From Candidatus Latescibacterota bacterium (lineage in GTDB: Bacteria; Latescibacterota; UBA2968; SICM01), in NCBI GenBank assembly GCA_965217865.1, contig CBDCJO010000002.1, positions 512,001 through 576,000 of the forward strand: a DNA stretch of 64,000 bases, written 5' to 3'. Position 1 is the stretch's first letter, and each line of letters starts with the position of its first letter. The notes under the pieces were generated by a model. The model was not told where the DNA came from. It saw only the letters and a list, made by a program, of their open reading frames with translations, and made no database searches. The translations under genes and the position numbers were made by a program. Positions 1-10,139 of the stretch are shown here, in pieces.

Positions 1-633
1 TTCGCTCTCGAAAGGAACGGTTTCGGTCCAAGCGATCGATGGCTGCGACCGCTGCATCCAGCACCGCGCATGCCCTCTCCGCATCGTTTGGCGCCGAAGC
101 GGCAGCCAGCATCGCAGCTTCGAGTGGCCCGACATACAGCGGCAACCAGGATGCCGGCGCGTTGCGCGATCTGGATACCCGCTGAAGTTGGTCCACAAGT
201 GACAGCAGTTGCCGAAACGCGGCCGCCCTCGCACGCGTTCGATCTGCTGGCACCGACTTCGCGATGCCAAACGTGCCCTCGAAGCGCGGCTCGAATGTGT
301 TGGCGCTCGTTGTTCGTCCGAGGACGAAGCGACGAAACTCGCTGATTCCCGCGTCAACGCCGCGGTCAACGATCGCGACCGCGAACCCACTCGGTGTGAG
401 CACTCCGCACCCTTGGATCTCGGCACGCCCGCGTGCAAAGAGCGCACGGACCTCGGGCGCTGTCATCGGACGAGTCCACAGAGGGGCCCAAACTTCAGCC
501 GAGTCCCGCCCTGCTTCGTCGCTCTTCTCGGGAGCTGCTTCACGCGTGACGAACGGAAATGCGCCTCTGGATCGCGCACGAGCCCCGAGTCGTCGGGAAG
601 CGCCGCCCGCGAAGAAGACGAGTCCCTCGCACG
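1..633 (-). pseudogene. csx17: Type I-G (I-U) CRISPR large subunit Cas8g1/Csx17, internal fragment; 5' part removed at the IS3 end, runs off the window edge
   Basis: Not in the ORF track. The stop-free minus frame reads CEGLVFFAGGASRRLGARARSRGAFPFV...AEVWAPLWTRPMTAPEVRALFARGRAEI...FAVAIVDRGVDAGISEFRRFVLGRT, matching the Csx17 blocks EG..FA..ASRR, AFPF, E.W.PLW.RP, LF..GRA and GV..GI..F.R. Confidence 0.8.
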
Positions 634-685
634 TGTATCTATTCTGAGATAACAAGAGAAAAGCAGATAAAGGTCCAAGCAAGAT

Positions 686-1711
686 TCAGGCAGCCTTGTG
701 GATGGTCTGGGATGTTCTTTGCCGATTGATTTCTATGCGGCGCTGCCGAGCCTCCTCCTTTCGACCTTGTCGGTGGTGAAGAATCTTTTGATGCTGGCCT
801 TTATGCCTCTGAAGAGGCGTGACATACTGTATTGCCCCGTGATAGCGTTCGGCGTTGTAGCTGTGAATGAAGGAATCAATCAGGCCTTCCAGTTGATGGA
901 ATGTGAAGATGTCCTGGAAGCGCAGCCAGTCGTATTTGAATGTCCGGAAAAAGGCTTCGATCCAGGCGTTGTCCGTGGGTGTTTGATATCGGGCAAACAG
1001 CTGCGAGATGCCCAGGTCCTTGAAGAATTGGGCCATCGATTTGGCCTTCATCTGAGATCCGTGATCTGAGAGGGCTGTCAAGCTTATGGGCCCAGTGTCC
1101 AGCAGTCCTTCGTTGGCAAGGGCTTGATCCCAGGCCTGTTTGACCTGCTCCACGGTCGCGTTGAAGGAGAGCTTCCATCCTACGATCTTCCTGGAATACA
1201 CGTCGAGAATGGCGGTAAAATACAGGAACAAACCGAAAAATGGGATGTAGGTCAGGTCCCAGCTCCAGACCTGATTAGGACCTTCAGGTTTGACCTGGGG
1301 CTTGCTCTGCTTGACCGGCGTCCTCACCTGTTTCCTGCGTGCCAGACGTTCTTTCCTGGCCTGTCGGTAGAAGCTGGAGGCCGAGGCCTGCACTACCCCC
1401 TTCTCTGAGGCTACCACCGCCAGCTGATGGGGAGGCAGATCGGCATAGGTCTCATCCCTTAAGAGGGCCGGGATTTGCTCTTTCTCCTCCCTCAGCAATC
1501 CGTGTGGGGCCTCATCAGGGGCGGGCCCGGGCTTCCCATCCAAAAGCGGGTCCGACACCCCATCCAGCTTCTCTTCTCGATCTCGCCGGCTCCAGGCACA
1601 ATACCGCTGGAGGGGAAGCTGTAGGATCTCGCAAGAACGGGTGAGTTTCACCCCTTTCTCCTTGGCCCGATGGACCATTAAGAGGATCTCGCGTTTGACC
1701 TCAGCTTGCAC
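686..1711 (-). CDS. IS3-family transposase OrfB (rve/DDE integrase core)
   Basis: PNQVWSWDLTY, ILDVYSRKIVGW, SDHGSQM, DNAWIEAFFRTFKY, YN.ERYH motifs. Confidence 0.93.
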   Translation of the reverse strand: MQAEVKREILLMVHRAKEKGVKLTRSCEILQLPLQRYCAWSRRDREEKLDGVSDPLLDGKPGPAPDEAPHGLLREEKEQIPALLRDETYADLPPHQLAVVASEKGVVQASASSFYRQARKERLARRKQVRTPVKQSKPQVKPEGPNQVWSWDLTYIPFFGLFLYFTAILDVYSRKIVGWKLSFNATVEQVKQAWDQALANEGLLDTGPISLTALSDHGSQMKAKSMAQFFKDLGISQLFARYQTPTDNAWIEAFFRTFKYDWLRFQDIFTFHQLEGLIDSFIHSYNAERYHGAIQYVTPLQRHKGQHQKILHHRQGRKEEARQRRIEINRQRTSQTIHKAA

Positions 1712-1734
1712 CCGGTGGCCCTTGATCGGGCCTG

Positions 1735-2070
1735 TCAGATCCCATTCACACTTTTTTTTAGCAGGGAAAGTTCCACAGATTGCTCAATGATCGTTTGCTC
1801 CAGGCGTGCCCGCTCTTTGCGCAGCTGCTCCACCTCCTCAGCCGATACCATCGGCTTGCGGCTCCGGCGACCCTTGAACTCCTTGAGGGCCCCGGACTTG
1901 ACCGACTCACGAATACGCTTTAGATCCGAGGAATGAATGCCCCATTTCCGCAGCACCTGTGCAATGGGAACATCTCCCCGGCTGGCTTCAAGGAAAATCT
2001 CATACTTCTGTTCCGGGGACAAGCTCCTGCGCTTCTTGACCGGGTCACTGTTTGAGGACAGTTGCTCCAT
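1735..2070 (-). CDS. IS3-family OrfA (HTH plus coiled coil)
   Basis: RRSLSPEQKYEIFLE...EEVEQLRKERARLEQ; RBS GGAGGAG upstream; lies directly before OrfB. Confidence 0.88.
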   Translation of the reverse strand: MEQLSSNSDPVKKRRSLSPEQKYEIFLEASRGDVPIAQVLRKWGIHSSDLKRIRESVKSGALKEFKGRRSRKPMVSAEEVEQLRKERARLEQTIIEQSVELSLLKKSVNGI

Positions 2071-2192
2071 CTTTACTCCTCCTGTGAGGTCAGGGATATC
2101 CCAAAATATGTATCCCTTCTCAACCCTACAGGCAACCAGGATCTTGCTTCGACCTTGCCCCCGTTTTTTCGGGCGATCTCAGACAAAAGATA

Positions 2193-2530
2193 GAACCCCT
2201 TCCACCGGTAGCCCTTTCCCCTTGCCGGTCCATCCCTTAAAGTCTCCGTTTGGATCCCGTATTTCTTCAAGAGCTTTCCCCGAGCCTGTTTCGCTTCTTC
2301 ATTGAAGGGGCCGCCTGACGCGCCCGCCAGCTCCAGTCGCCGCCCACCTGGTCTGCCACCTTCACCAGCTCGCGCCCAGTTGTCTTCCTCCTGGTCGTTG
2401 AGGAAGCGTAATTCTTCCGGATTGGCTTGCCGAAGCCGGGACAGATTCTCCCGGGCGAATCGTTCGGCTCGCTCCTTCCAGTCCTCCCCAACCGGATCGT
2501 TGGATGCCCGCCATCGTTCGGCCTTGACCG
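2193..2530 (-). pseudogene. DUF3631 (satellite/plasmid primase-associated) remnant with internal deletion
   Basis: LNDQEEDNW / ELVKVADQVGGDWSWRARQAA followed by [19 protein letters not shown]. Confidence 0.65.
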
Positions 2531-2777
2531 TCCTGGGTACGCTGCCCCCCCCGTTTGGTTTTCATAATTCTTTTATAAATAAAATGTTATATTAAATAAA
2601 TTCATCCCCCCCATTTTTACCTCCGCTTTTGCGTGGGTGGAGGCCTCATGGGTGATCAAGGTGGTACAGTTTTGTGCGAAATTTGCGACCGCCTCCGACC
2701 TTTCAGCGTCTTCTCCGGGAAACAGATCGCCGGATTTTGAGGGCGGAAGGTGCATAATGCCTTTTGGAGGCCGGACC

Positions 2778-3145
2778 TCACTCGTGATCGTGGTCGAGCA
2801 TCTCGCGAGCCCGAGCTTCGGCTTCCTCGCGAGTCATTCCACCCTCATGCTCCAGGATCCCCGCGCGTTCATCGAACGCCTCGCACGCCTCGATGTCATC
2901 CTCCAACACTTTACCCTTTTCCTTAAGGGGGGGTATCGTATCCGCCACAACGCAATCCTCTGTGGCGGATTGAAAAGCCTCCAAATTACTGTTTTTGTTG
3001 ATTTGTGACGTTGTGACGGATACGATACCCCCCCAGGAAGAATAGGACTTCCAAACCCGTTCCAGGTCCTTTCGCTTGTATCCCTTCCGAAGTCCCTTCG
3101 TCGGTGCGGATCGTGCCCGGGCCGCATCTTGAACGGATTGAGCAA
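2778..3145 (-). pseudogene. C-terminal fragment of a second DUF3631/primase-type protein
   Basis: LNPFKMRPGTIRTDEGTS/GYKRKDLERVWKSY across frameshifts, then EAFDERAGILEHEGGMTREEAE. Confidence 0.6.
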
Positions 3146-3330
3146 ACCGGCCAGGCCGCGCGGCGCGTCGGTGCGTTCCGCCGCCCAGTCGCGGAAGCTC
3201 GACCGGAACCCGCCGGAATGCCGAGTTCCCGCAGCAGCTTGGAAAGTGTTGCGTCTGACAGCGGTTTGCTATATTTTATACTTGAAAATATCAGACCGGT
3301 CTCCGGTGGTACCTGGAGCATCTTCGGCTA
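3146..3330 (-). pseudogene. P4-type tyrosine integrase fragment
   Basis: GLIFSSIKYSKPLSDATLSKLLRELGIPA, then FRSSFRDWAAERTDAPR in another frame; the HG of the catalytic HGFR box is deleted. Confidence 0.75.
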
Positions 3331-3509
3331 TGCTTCCCAGACTGGACACCGTCACGCAGCAGGCCGGCGGGCGGTAACCACGCAGACTGGAGCAGGCGTG
3401 CGGCGCAGCCGACGGTGGCCTGCCGACGCAGGTAATGATGATACGGGTGGATTCGACACGGTGGCCGGCGTGAACCGCGGGGCTGCCGCGGATTGCACGG
3501 AGAGACACG

Positions 3510-5519
3510 ATGAAGACGAGAACGAGCGCCTTAATGCCCGTGTTGGCTGCCCTCGCGTTGACAGCCGGTTGTCCGGACCTGCAAGACGATGCGATATTGG
3601 CGCAAGCCGCCGCAACCGAGACGGCGTACGTGAACGGTCGAATCTATACCCAGGATGAAGATCGGCCCTGGGCGGAGTCGCTGGTCACGAAGGGTGACAG
3701 AATCGTCTTCGTGGGGTCTGACGAGGAAGCTCTGGAGCACGCCGCCGAGGACGCCAGGCTCGTGGACCTGCAGAACCGGTTCGTGATGCCGGGAATGGTC
3801 GACGCACACACGCATCCCGGCCTGATTGCCACCGGGGCCAACTTGTCCGTGCTGGACGAGACCGATGAAGCGGACGAAGGGCCCGCCAACGCGGACAGGA
3901 TGCCGTCCCGGCCGAGAGAGGCGACGCTGGCCTGGCTGCAGCGGTACGCGGACGACCACCCGTTCACCCTCGTGATCCGACAGGGGGTGTGGGACGTCGC
4001 CACCTACCTGCCCCACGGGCCGCACAAGAGAGACCTGGATGATATTTCCAGACTCAGACCCATCATGCTGAACGACAATTCGGGGCACAGCGTCTGGGTG
4101 AATTCCGCATTCCTGCGGCTGTTCGGCATCGACGCCGACACGCCGGATCTCAGCCGTAACCTGTCTCACTTCGTGCGTGACGAGAATGGCGAGCCCACCG
4201 GCTGGGTCAAGGAGTTCTCCCTGCTGCCGTACTTCGGTGACAGGTTCGTGCCGGATGCCGACGATCTGAAGGAACGGCTGCTGAAATACCTGAACTACAT
4301 GTCAAGCAGGGGCATTACGACACTATGGGACGCCGGCAACTTCAACATGGACGATGCAGTGTACCAGGCCGCGCACGATATCGCGAGAGAAGGCAATTTG
4401 CCGTTGCGTTGGGAGGGGTCGCACCACATCTGGGCGCCGGAGCAGATCGAGACCGCGGTGGAATCGCTGGTCCGGCTGAGGGAGAAGTACGCCCACGGGA
4501 AGCTGCAGTTCAACAGTATCAAGATTCACTACGACGGCATGCAGGACATCCTTACCGCCGCCATGCTGGAGCCCTACGTCACCGACCCCGACAACTACGG
4601 CGGCGTGTTGTTCACCACTGAGCGATTGAGCGGTTTCATGCAGGAGTTGGACGCCCACCGCATCGACCTGCACATGCACGCGTCAGGCGATCGAGCGACC
4701 AGGAACATTCTCGACGCGGTCAAGGAGGCTCGGGACGCGCTGGGGCGGCCCTTGGGGATCGAGGTCACGATAAGTCATCTGTTCTCGGTGGCCGACAGCG
4801 ATGTCGCACGCTTTCAGGAGCTGGGCGTGCACGCCAACTTCACGCCGCACTGGTTCGGCGGCACCGCATATGGGGACGCCAGGGAGATCAACGTGGGGCC
4901 GGAGCGGGCCGGCCGGTCTCAGCTCGTCGGGCAGTTCATGCGGCAAGGGGTCAACGTGACGCTGTCCAGCGATGTCGTTTACAACGCGCTGCGGGTGAGC
5001 CCCTTCATCGGCGTCGAAATGAGCATGACCCGACGGGCACTGGGCAGGGCCGATGCGCCCACCATGCCGCCGCGGGACGCCAGGATTTCGCTGGAGCAGG
5101 CGCTGGCGGGCTATACGGTGAACGGCGCTGCGCAGCTCGGGCGGCAAGGACAGATCGGCGTCATCAGGGCGGGGTTGCTGGCGGACTTCATCGTCCTTCC
5201 GCAGGACCCGTTCGAAATGGACGTGGAGAGAATCCACACGATCGCGCCCAGCGCCACGGTCGTGGCCGGTGAGCTGCGAAGCGGTAGCCTGCTGTGGGAT
5301 ATGTCGCCGTGCAGCACACCTCAAGCCCCTAATTCCGACTTTGATGGCGATGGTACTGTTGACCTTGCCGACTTTTTCCGGTTTGCCGAACAGTTTGGAT
5401 CAAGTCAAGGCGATAAGGGATATGAAGCGCGGTATGATCTGGATGGGGATGACATAATTGGGCTTGGTGATTTTTTTATCTTTGCCAACGACTTCGGCAA
5501 GGAAGCGTCATCAAATTGA
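3510..5519 (+). CDS. Lipoprotein amidohydrolase (Amidohydro_3/YtcJ-like) with a C-terminal EF-hand/dockerin-like tail
   Basis: Lipobox LALTAGC; NGRIYT, VMPGMVDAHTHP, SGHSVWVNS, HMHASGD, LSSD, G.IRAGLLADFIVL; tail DFDGDGTVDLADFF...YDLDGDDIIGLGDFFIFA. Confidence 0.9.
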   Translation: MKTRTSALMPVLAALALTAGCPDLQDDAILAQAAATETAYVNGRIYTQDEDRPWAESLVTKGDRIVFVGSDEEALEHAAEDARLVDLQNRFVMPGMVDAHTHPGLIATGANLSVLDETDEADEGPANADRMPSRPREATLAWLQRYADDHPFTLVIRQGVWDVATYLPHGPHKRDLDDISRLRPIMLNDNSGHSVWVNSAFLRLFGIDADTPDLSRNLSHFVRDENGEPTGWVKEFSLLPYFGDRFVPDADDLKERLLKYLNYMSSRGITTLWDAGNFNMDDAVYQAAHDIAREGNLPLRWEGSHHIWAPEQIETAVESLVRLREKYAHGKLQFNSIKIHYDGMQDILTAAMLEPYVTDPDNYGGVLFTTERLSGFMQELDAHRIDLHMHASGDRATRNILDAVKEARDALGRPLGIEVTISHLFSVADSDVARFQELGVHANFTPHWFGGTAYGDAREINVGPERAGRSQLVGQFMRQGVNVTLSSDVVYNALRVSPFIGVEMSMTRRALGRADAPTMPPRDARISLEQALAGYTVNGAAQLGRQGQIGVIRAGLLADFIVLPQDPFEMDVERIHTIAPSATVVAGELRSGSLLWDMSPCSTPQAPNSDFDGDGTVDLADFFRFAEQFGSSQGDKGYEARYDLDGDDIIGLGDFFIFANDFGKEASSN

Positions 5520-5774
5520 CCTGTCTGTCCGTGCAGGCGGATGTCTTTCACTTGAGAAGAGCATAACCCGATGCAAAAAACCGTTCTTCGTCTCACCTCA
5601 CCAATCAGATTGAGTGCTTGCCTTTTCGCGTTGATCGGTCGTTGCGGCAAGAGAACATATCGCCACCCTGGGGCATGCGGGTGGGGTCCAGTTTGTATCG
5701 TTTTCAACCGATGGGCGATCCTCGCTTCGGGGTCACAGGATAACACACGGTCAATGCTCCGGCACGTCCCCCAG

Positions 5775-5910
5775 CCACTGATGGAAGGCGCGGTTGCGAG
5801 CCTCCAGCGTCGAACCTTCCGGGCGAGGCAGCCTGCGGAAGGCATCGTCCAACGCGACGGCGGGAAGGTCGGGGTTGAGCCGGGCTAGCGCATCACGCAA
5901 ACGTCGCGGC
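5775..5910 (-). pseudogene. Type I restriction HsdR N-terminal fragment
   Basis: [44 protein letters not shown]. Confidence 0.7.
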
Positions 5911-5924
5911 AGTGACCCCGACTT

Positions 5925-6141
5925 CGGTTTCGGAACTCGGAAACAGGAAGTCTGGGCGTTGATTATTCTCAGTTATGGCACCGCGGACATAGGCAATGTC
6001 ATGGGCACGAAACACCGCCTCCAGATGATGCTCCAGAGACTGCCCCATTCGTGACTTCCTTCGGTTCTGCACACTCAACGAGAAACGAATAAATCCGTCA
6101 ACATCGGTCGCCCCATTCTCATCGCGAAATCCGTCGTCCAA
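5925..6141 (-). pseudogene. EcoRII C-terminal-type type II restriction endonuclease fragment
   Basis: DVDGFIRFSLSVQNRRKSRMGQSLEHHLEAVF...[12 protein letters not shown]. Confidence 0.85.
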
Positions 6142-6147
6142 GCGTGT

Positions 6148-6373
6148 CGCGACAAAGCCCGGATCATCCGGGAGCGCGGCTTCAAAAACATCCGACTTGC
6201 CAGTGAACGTGTTGCCGGGGTTTCGTATCGTCCTGCTCGATGCAGGAAGACCTGTCGACTCGTGATCCTCGAAAAGAACCTGAGCGTCGAACGCGGCGAA
6301 AACGCCCTGTTCGATGACAAGCGCTATTTCTTCTACATTACCACCCGAAAAGATCTTACGGCCGCGGAAATCT
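6148..6373 (+). pseudogene. IS1380-family transposase internal fragment
   Basis: IIRERGFKNIRL...YRP..C....RLVILEKNLSVERGENALFDDKRYFFYIT; about 75 bp nearly identical (inverted) to 19635-19712. Confidence 0.8.
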
Positions 6374-6569
6374 GACGAACGGCCGGTCGGTGCGCTACGG
6401 TTTATGGGTGAAGTCTTCTTTCTACCTTCTGACTTACTATAAGCCTTTATCCATCACATGTACGGAGGAATTCCCTTATTTTTTTCGCTAAGAACCGCTC
6501 GCCTTAGGTACTAATTGACCGCTCCTCATTGAAGAGGAACGACGTTCAACCGTCTCAGCAAAGGAGTCA

Positions 6570-9179
6570 ATGATGTCGCATTTCCTGCACTCCATCGGTC
6601 GGCACGCTATCGCCACCTTGCTGCTGTCGCTGCTTACTGCGGGGTCGGCGACCGGCCAAACAGCGGGCGGGATCGAGGGCACGGTCACGAACGAGATCGG
6701 TGATCTGTTGCCCGGCGTCTCGGTGACGGTGACCGGATCCGGCGTGCGCGAGGGAAGCGTCACGGATGCCGACGGTGCCTACGAATTCACCGATCTGCCC
6801 GTCGGCGACTACCTGGTCACAGCCATTCTGGTGTTTTTCGCGCCCGGGGAGTTGCCGGTCTCTGTCACGGCAGGTGCGGTCGCAACAGTCCCGATCGTTC
6901 TACAGTTCTGGCGGCTCGATGCGCTCACCGTCGTTGCAGAGGAGCCCCGGGTCTTCTCGCGCAATTTCGTCACGGAGCCGATGATGAGGCAGCAGTCGAG
7001 CATCACCGGCGTGACGTCGGTGGTGGACAATCTCCCCGGAGTGTCCGTCCAGGAGGGGGACGCGTACTCCTTTGACGACTGGTCGAGCAACGTGACCATG
7101 CGCGGGTTCCAGGCGACGATCAACGATGTGCAAATCGGTACCACCATCGACGGCATTCCGAACGGCACGTCGGACTACTGGAGCGGCGCCAAGGCGAACC
7201 GGTTCATCGACCCGATGAATCTCGGCGGGGTGGAGGTGTCGCAGGGGACGGCCGACATAGCCTCGCGGTCGGTCGAGGCGCTGGGCGGCACGTTCAATTT
7301 CCTGACGGCCGCCCCGGCGGCGGAACAGAGCTACATGGCGTCCGCCACCATTGGCGAGAACGAGGGCCAACGGTTTGCCGCACGGGTCGAGACCGGATCG
7401 TTGTTCGGAGGTACGACGCGGGCCTGGGTCGCCGCGGTCCGGCAGGAGGCGACCGACTGGGTGCAGGGTTCCGCCAGGAACGAGCGGGAGCACATCGCCG
7501 CCAAGCTCGTGTCGTCACACGGGCGCCTCGATCTCACCAGCTACATCTCGGTCGACGAGATCCACGAGGATACCTACCAACGGCTCTACAGCGAGGCCGA
7601 CTTCAGGCAGAACCCGCGCTGGGACCGCCTGGTCGGCGAATGGCCCGGCGTGCCGTACCTGAACCAGTTCTACCGGCCCGGGTGGCAGACCCGGCGCACC
7701 AACACGCTCGCCTATGTCAGGGGCGACTGGTCGTTCAGCGAGCTCAGCTTCCTGAGCGCCGGCGCATACTACCATCGCAACCGGGGCCGTGGCGACTGGT
7801 TGCCCCCCTACATCGTCGACGTGGTCGACGATGGGGACGGACCGGAGTCGGAGCTGGCGGGCCTCCCGCCGGTGCGGGGCGGCGCCCAGCTCGGACTCAT
7901 CCGTTTCGTGGACCGCAATGGCGTTGCCGTCGGGCCGACGCCCGGGTGCACGTCTTCGTACATCTTCAACTACTATGGTGCGGGCGGCCCGGAGGTCGAC
8001 CCGGCGTGCCACCCGGGAGCCACGGCGGTGCAGTCCTACCGTCACAGCCACTACGGGAAGGACCGCGTCGGCCTAATGCTCGACGGGGAGTGGTCCGTTT
8101 TTTTCGGCAGGGGTGGCAGCGCGCTGCGCGCCGGCATCTGGTACGAGGCTTCGCGGCGCGACCTTGGCCGGGACTGGCACCGGATGCTGGATCCGAAGCT
8201 CAGCTTCAAGTGGGACGAGCGGGCCTACTGGCACCAGTATGAGTGGGACTTCCCGCAGCATGTGTTCAAGTGGTACGTGGAAGAGACGCTCTACGTCGGC
8301 CCGTTCGCCCTGACCGGTGGCGTCAAGCAGTTCCTGGTCGACGTGTCGCGCGAGGACAAGTTCAACGTCAATCCGGACCTTGGAGTCGATTCCGACTCGG
8401 ATCTGCTCTTCTCCGGCGGTGTCACGTACGAGACGCCGGTCGCGGGCCTCTCCCTGTTCGCCGGCTACGCCGAGAACTTCAGGGCAATCGGCAGCACGCT
8501 GCTCGAGGTGCCGGGCCGGAGTCTGGACCTCCTCGCGCCCGAGAGCGCCTCGAACATCGATGTAGGGCTGCAGTACGCTGGAGAGCGGGTTGCGCTGAGC
8601 GCCACCTGGTACACCATCAATTTCGACAACCGAATCTTTTACATCGGCCCGCAAACGCCCACCGGTCCCGACTACCTCGTCCCCGGAGGCGGTGCCTACT
8701 TCAACGCGGGCGGCATCGAGACGAGTGGCGTCGAGTTGTCCGCCACGCTGCGGATGCCGGGTCAGACATCGTTCTACACCGCCTTCACGTCCAACGCCTC
8801 GAAGTACATCGGGAGCGGTGAACCGCTCGTCGACGCGAGCCAGGACATCGTGCCGGGAACCGATGTTGCCGGCGCATCGCCCCGTCTGTGGGTCCTCTCG
8901 CTCGACCGCACCGGACCCTTCGGCGGTGGGCTGTCCACCAAGTACACGTCTTCGCGCCGCGTCAGTCTGGCCGCGGACTGGTACACCGACGCCTACTGGC
9001 TGGTGGACGCCTACATCAGTCTGAGGGGCGAATCGTTGAGCGACCGGCTCCGGTCGCTGGAGTTCTCGATCGTGGCGAACAACCTGTTCGACAAGCCTTA
9101 TCTGTCAGCGATCACCGAGAATGCAGCCTGGCTGGGCGCACCCCGGACGATTTCGACGACCGTGACCGTCTCGTTCTGA
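6570..9179 (+). CDS. TonB-dependent receptor with N-terminal carboxypeptidase-regulatory-like domain
   Basis: Signal peptide; IEGTVT...LPGVSVTV...TDADGAYEF; plug region (LPGVSVQ, MRGF, IDGIP, VEVSQG); NNLFDK.Y and C-terminal Phe; RBS AAGGAG. Confidence 0.93.
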   Translation: MMSHFLHSIGRHAIATLLLSLLTAGSATGQTAGGIEGTVTNEIGDLLPGVSVTVTGSGVREGSVTDADGAYEFTDLPVGDYLVTAILVFFAPGELPVSVTAGAVATVPIVLQFWRLDALTVVAEEPRVFSRNFVTEPMMRQQSSITGVTSVVDNLPGVSVQEGDAYSFDDWSSNVTMRGFQATINDVQIGTTIDGIPNGTSDYWSGAKANRFIDPMNLGGVEVSQGTADIASRSVEALGGTFNFLTAAPAAEQSYMASATIGENEGQRFAARVETGSLFGGTTRAWVAAVRQEATDWVQGSARNEREHIAAKLVSSHGRLDLTSYISVDEIHEDTYQRLYSEADFRQNPRWDRLVGEWPGVPYLNQFYRPGWQTRRTNTLAYVRGDWSFSELSFLSAGAYYHRNRGRGDWLPPYIVDVVDDGDGPESELAGLPPVRGGAQLGLIRFVDRNGVAVGPTPGCTSSYIFNYYGAGGPEVDPACHPGATAVQSYRHSHYGKDRVGLMLDGEWSVFFGRGGSALRAGIWYEASRRDLGRDWHRMLDPKLSFKWDERAYWHQYEWDFPQHVFKWYVEETLYVGPFALTGGVKQFLVDVSREDKFNVNPDLGVDSDSDLLFSGGVTYETPVAGLSLFAGYAENFRAIGSTLLEVPGRSLDLLAPESASNIDVGLQYAGERVALSATWYTINFDNRIFYIGPQTPTGPDYLVPGGGAYFNAGGIETSGVELSATLRMPGQTSFYTAFTSNASKYIGSGEPLVDASQDIVPGTDVAGASPRLWVLSLDRTGPFGGGLSTKYTSSRRVSLAADWYTDAYWLVDAYISLRGESLSDRLRSLEFSIVANNLFDKPYLSAITENAAWLGAPRTISTTVTVSF

Positions 9180-9349
9180 CGGGACCGTCTGACGTACGAC
9201 TCGGTGTCTTGCCGTCCTGCTTCGTGGTCGTATCGGTCGCGGGTGATGATGGCTGTCCTGGAGGCGGGCGTGCGGCGAAGTGCTCGCGCTGCTCGTAGAG
9301 GCCCGGTGACGCGGGCGGGAATCCAGGCCTGGATGGCCTCGGGGGTGGA

Positions 9350-9556
9350 GGCGGCGTCCTGCATCACGGTCGGCCTGCTTGATCCAGTTTTGGATCGTCC
9401 AGGCCACCGGTTCAAACTCCCACGACAACTCCTGCGGCGTGCACCAGTTCAAACGTCTGTTTCCGGAACGCCGACACATATGATGGTCTTGTTCTTGGCA
9501 TTTGTAAACGCCTCCTCTCCTGAAATTCAGTGTCCACTAAAGCTGGTGAACTCCAG
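9350..9556. pseudogene. IS3-family remnants (OrfA piece and an IS end)
   Basis: Minus frame TPQELSWEFEPVAWTIQNWIKQADRDAG; end motif TGTCCACTAAAGCTGGTGAACTCCA resembles the IS3 ends at 47713 and 48962. Confidence 0.7.
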
Positions 9557-9889
9557 TTTCATAAGGAACCGCAACCCCAAGGCACATGCTACATGGTTAG
9601 TAGGTTCGGCTGGAAGGACGTGAAAGGTCGCCTTAGCTTCCGACACACTATTAGCGACAGGTCGGACCGCTTCCGGGTGGATGCCGGTGCCAACCAGATA
9701 TTAGCCTCAATTCGCATTATTTTTCCCTTCGAATGGCCTGCAAACTCACGGCAGCAGACGATCTCCAACAGGTTCCGGGCCTGGAGGTTTTCGTTGGAGC
9801 CGAAAATGCGCATCAAGCTTTTGGGAGTTCGAAGAATGGATCAGTCAAGACGATACGCTCCCTGAACAACACTCATGCCATGCTATGGG

Positions 9890-10133
9890 TCACTTACTCT
9901 TTTTGTTTTGAGGAGATTGGCTTCTTTTGATTATTCTTGCCTCGGACTTTTCAGCCTCCGCTATGGTCGACTTTTGTTGAATTCGGACCTTCACACCGCC
10001 CCTCACGGGATCAGCGCTACCTGGCAGGCTCCTTCATCCGGGCCTCAACTCTCCCTCTCTGTGCGACACCGGTATACAAATTCTTCCCCTTGTCGTCCTC
10101 AATCTTATACACGACAGGCTTGTCCTTCGCGAG
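9890..10133 (-). pseudogene. Small GIY-YIG-like nuclease, 5'-truncated and frameshifted
   Basis: Manual translation LAKDKPVVYKIEDDKGKNLYTGVAQRGRVEARMKE / LPGSADPVRGG...IAEAEKSEARII (VY...YTG...R...E pattern). Confidence 0.6.
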
Positions 10134-10139
10134 GCCTTC

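Larger units (their letters stand above)
634..2192 (-). mobile_element. IS3-family insertion sequence, copy 1
   Basis: Near-identical to 23141-24705, which defines the ends. Imperfect terminal IRs TATCTTTTGTCTGAGAT / TGTATCTATTCTGAGAT. No target duplication at this copy. Confidence 0.93.

Noticed and set aside
70-652. Plus-strand ORFs at the window start, and the many short ORFs overlapping long genes
   Set aside because: Shadow frames of GC-rich coding DNA on the other strand or frame; no recognisable motifs
5289-5500. Diversity-generating retroelement TR/VR pair with 57040-57250
   Set aside because: Only a few differences, not confined to adenines, and no reverse transcriptase in the window
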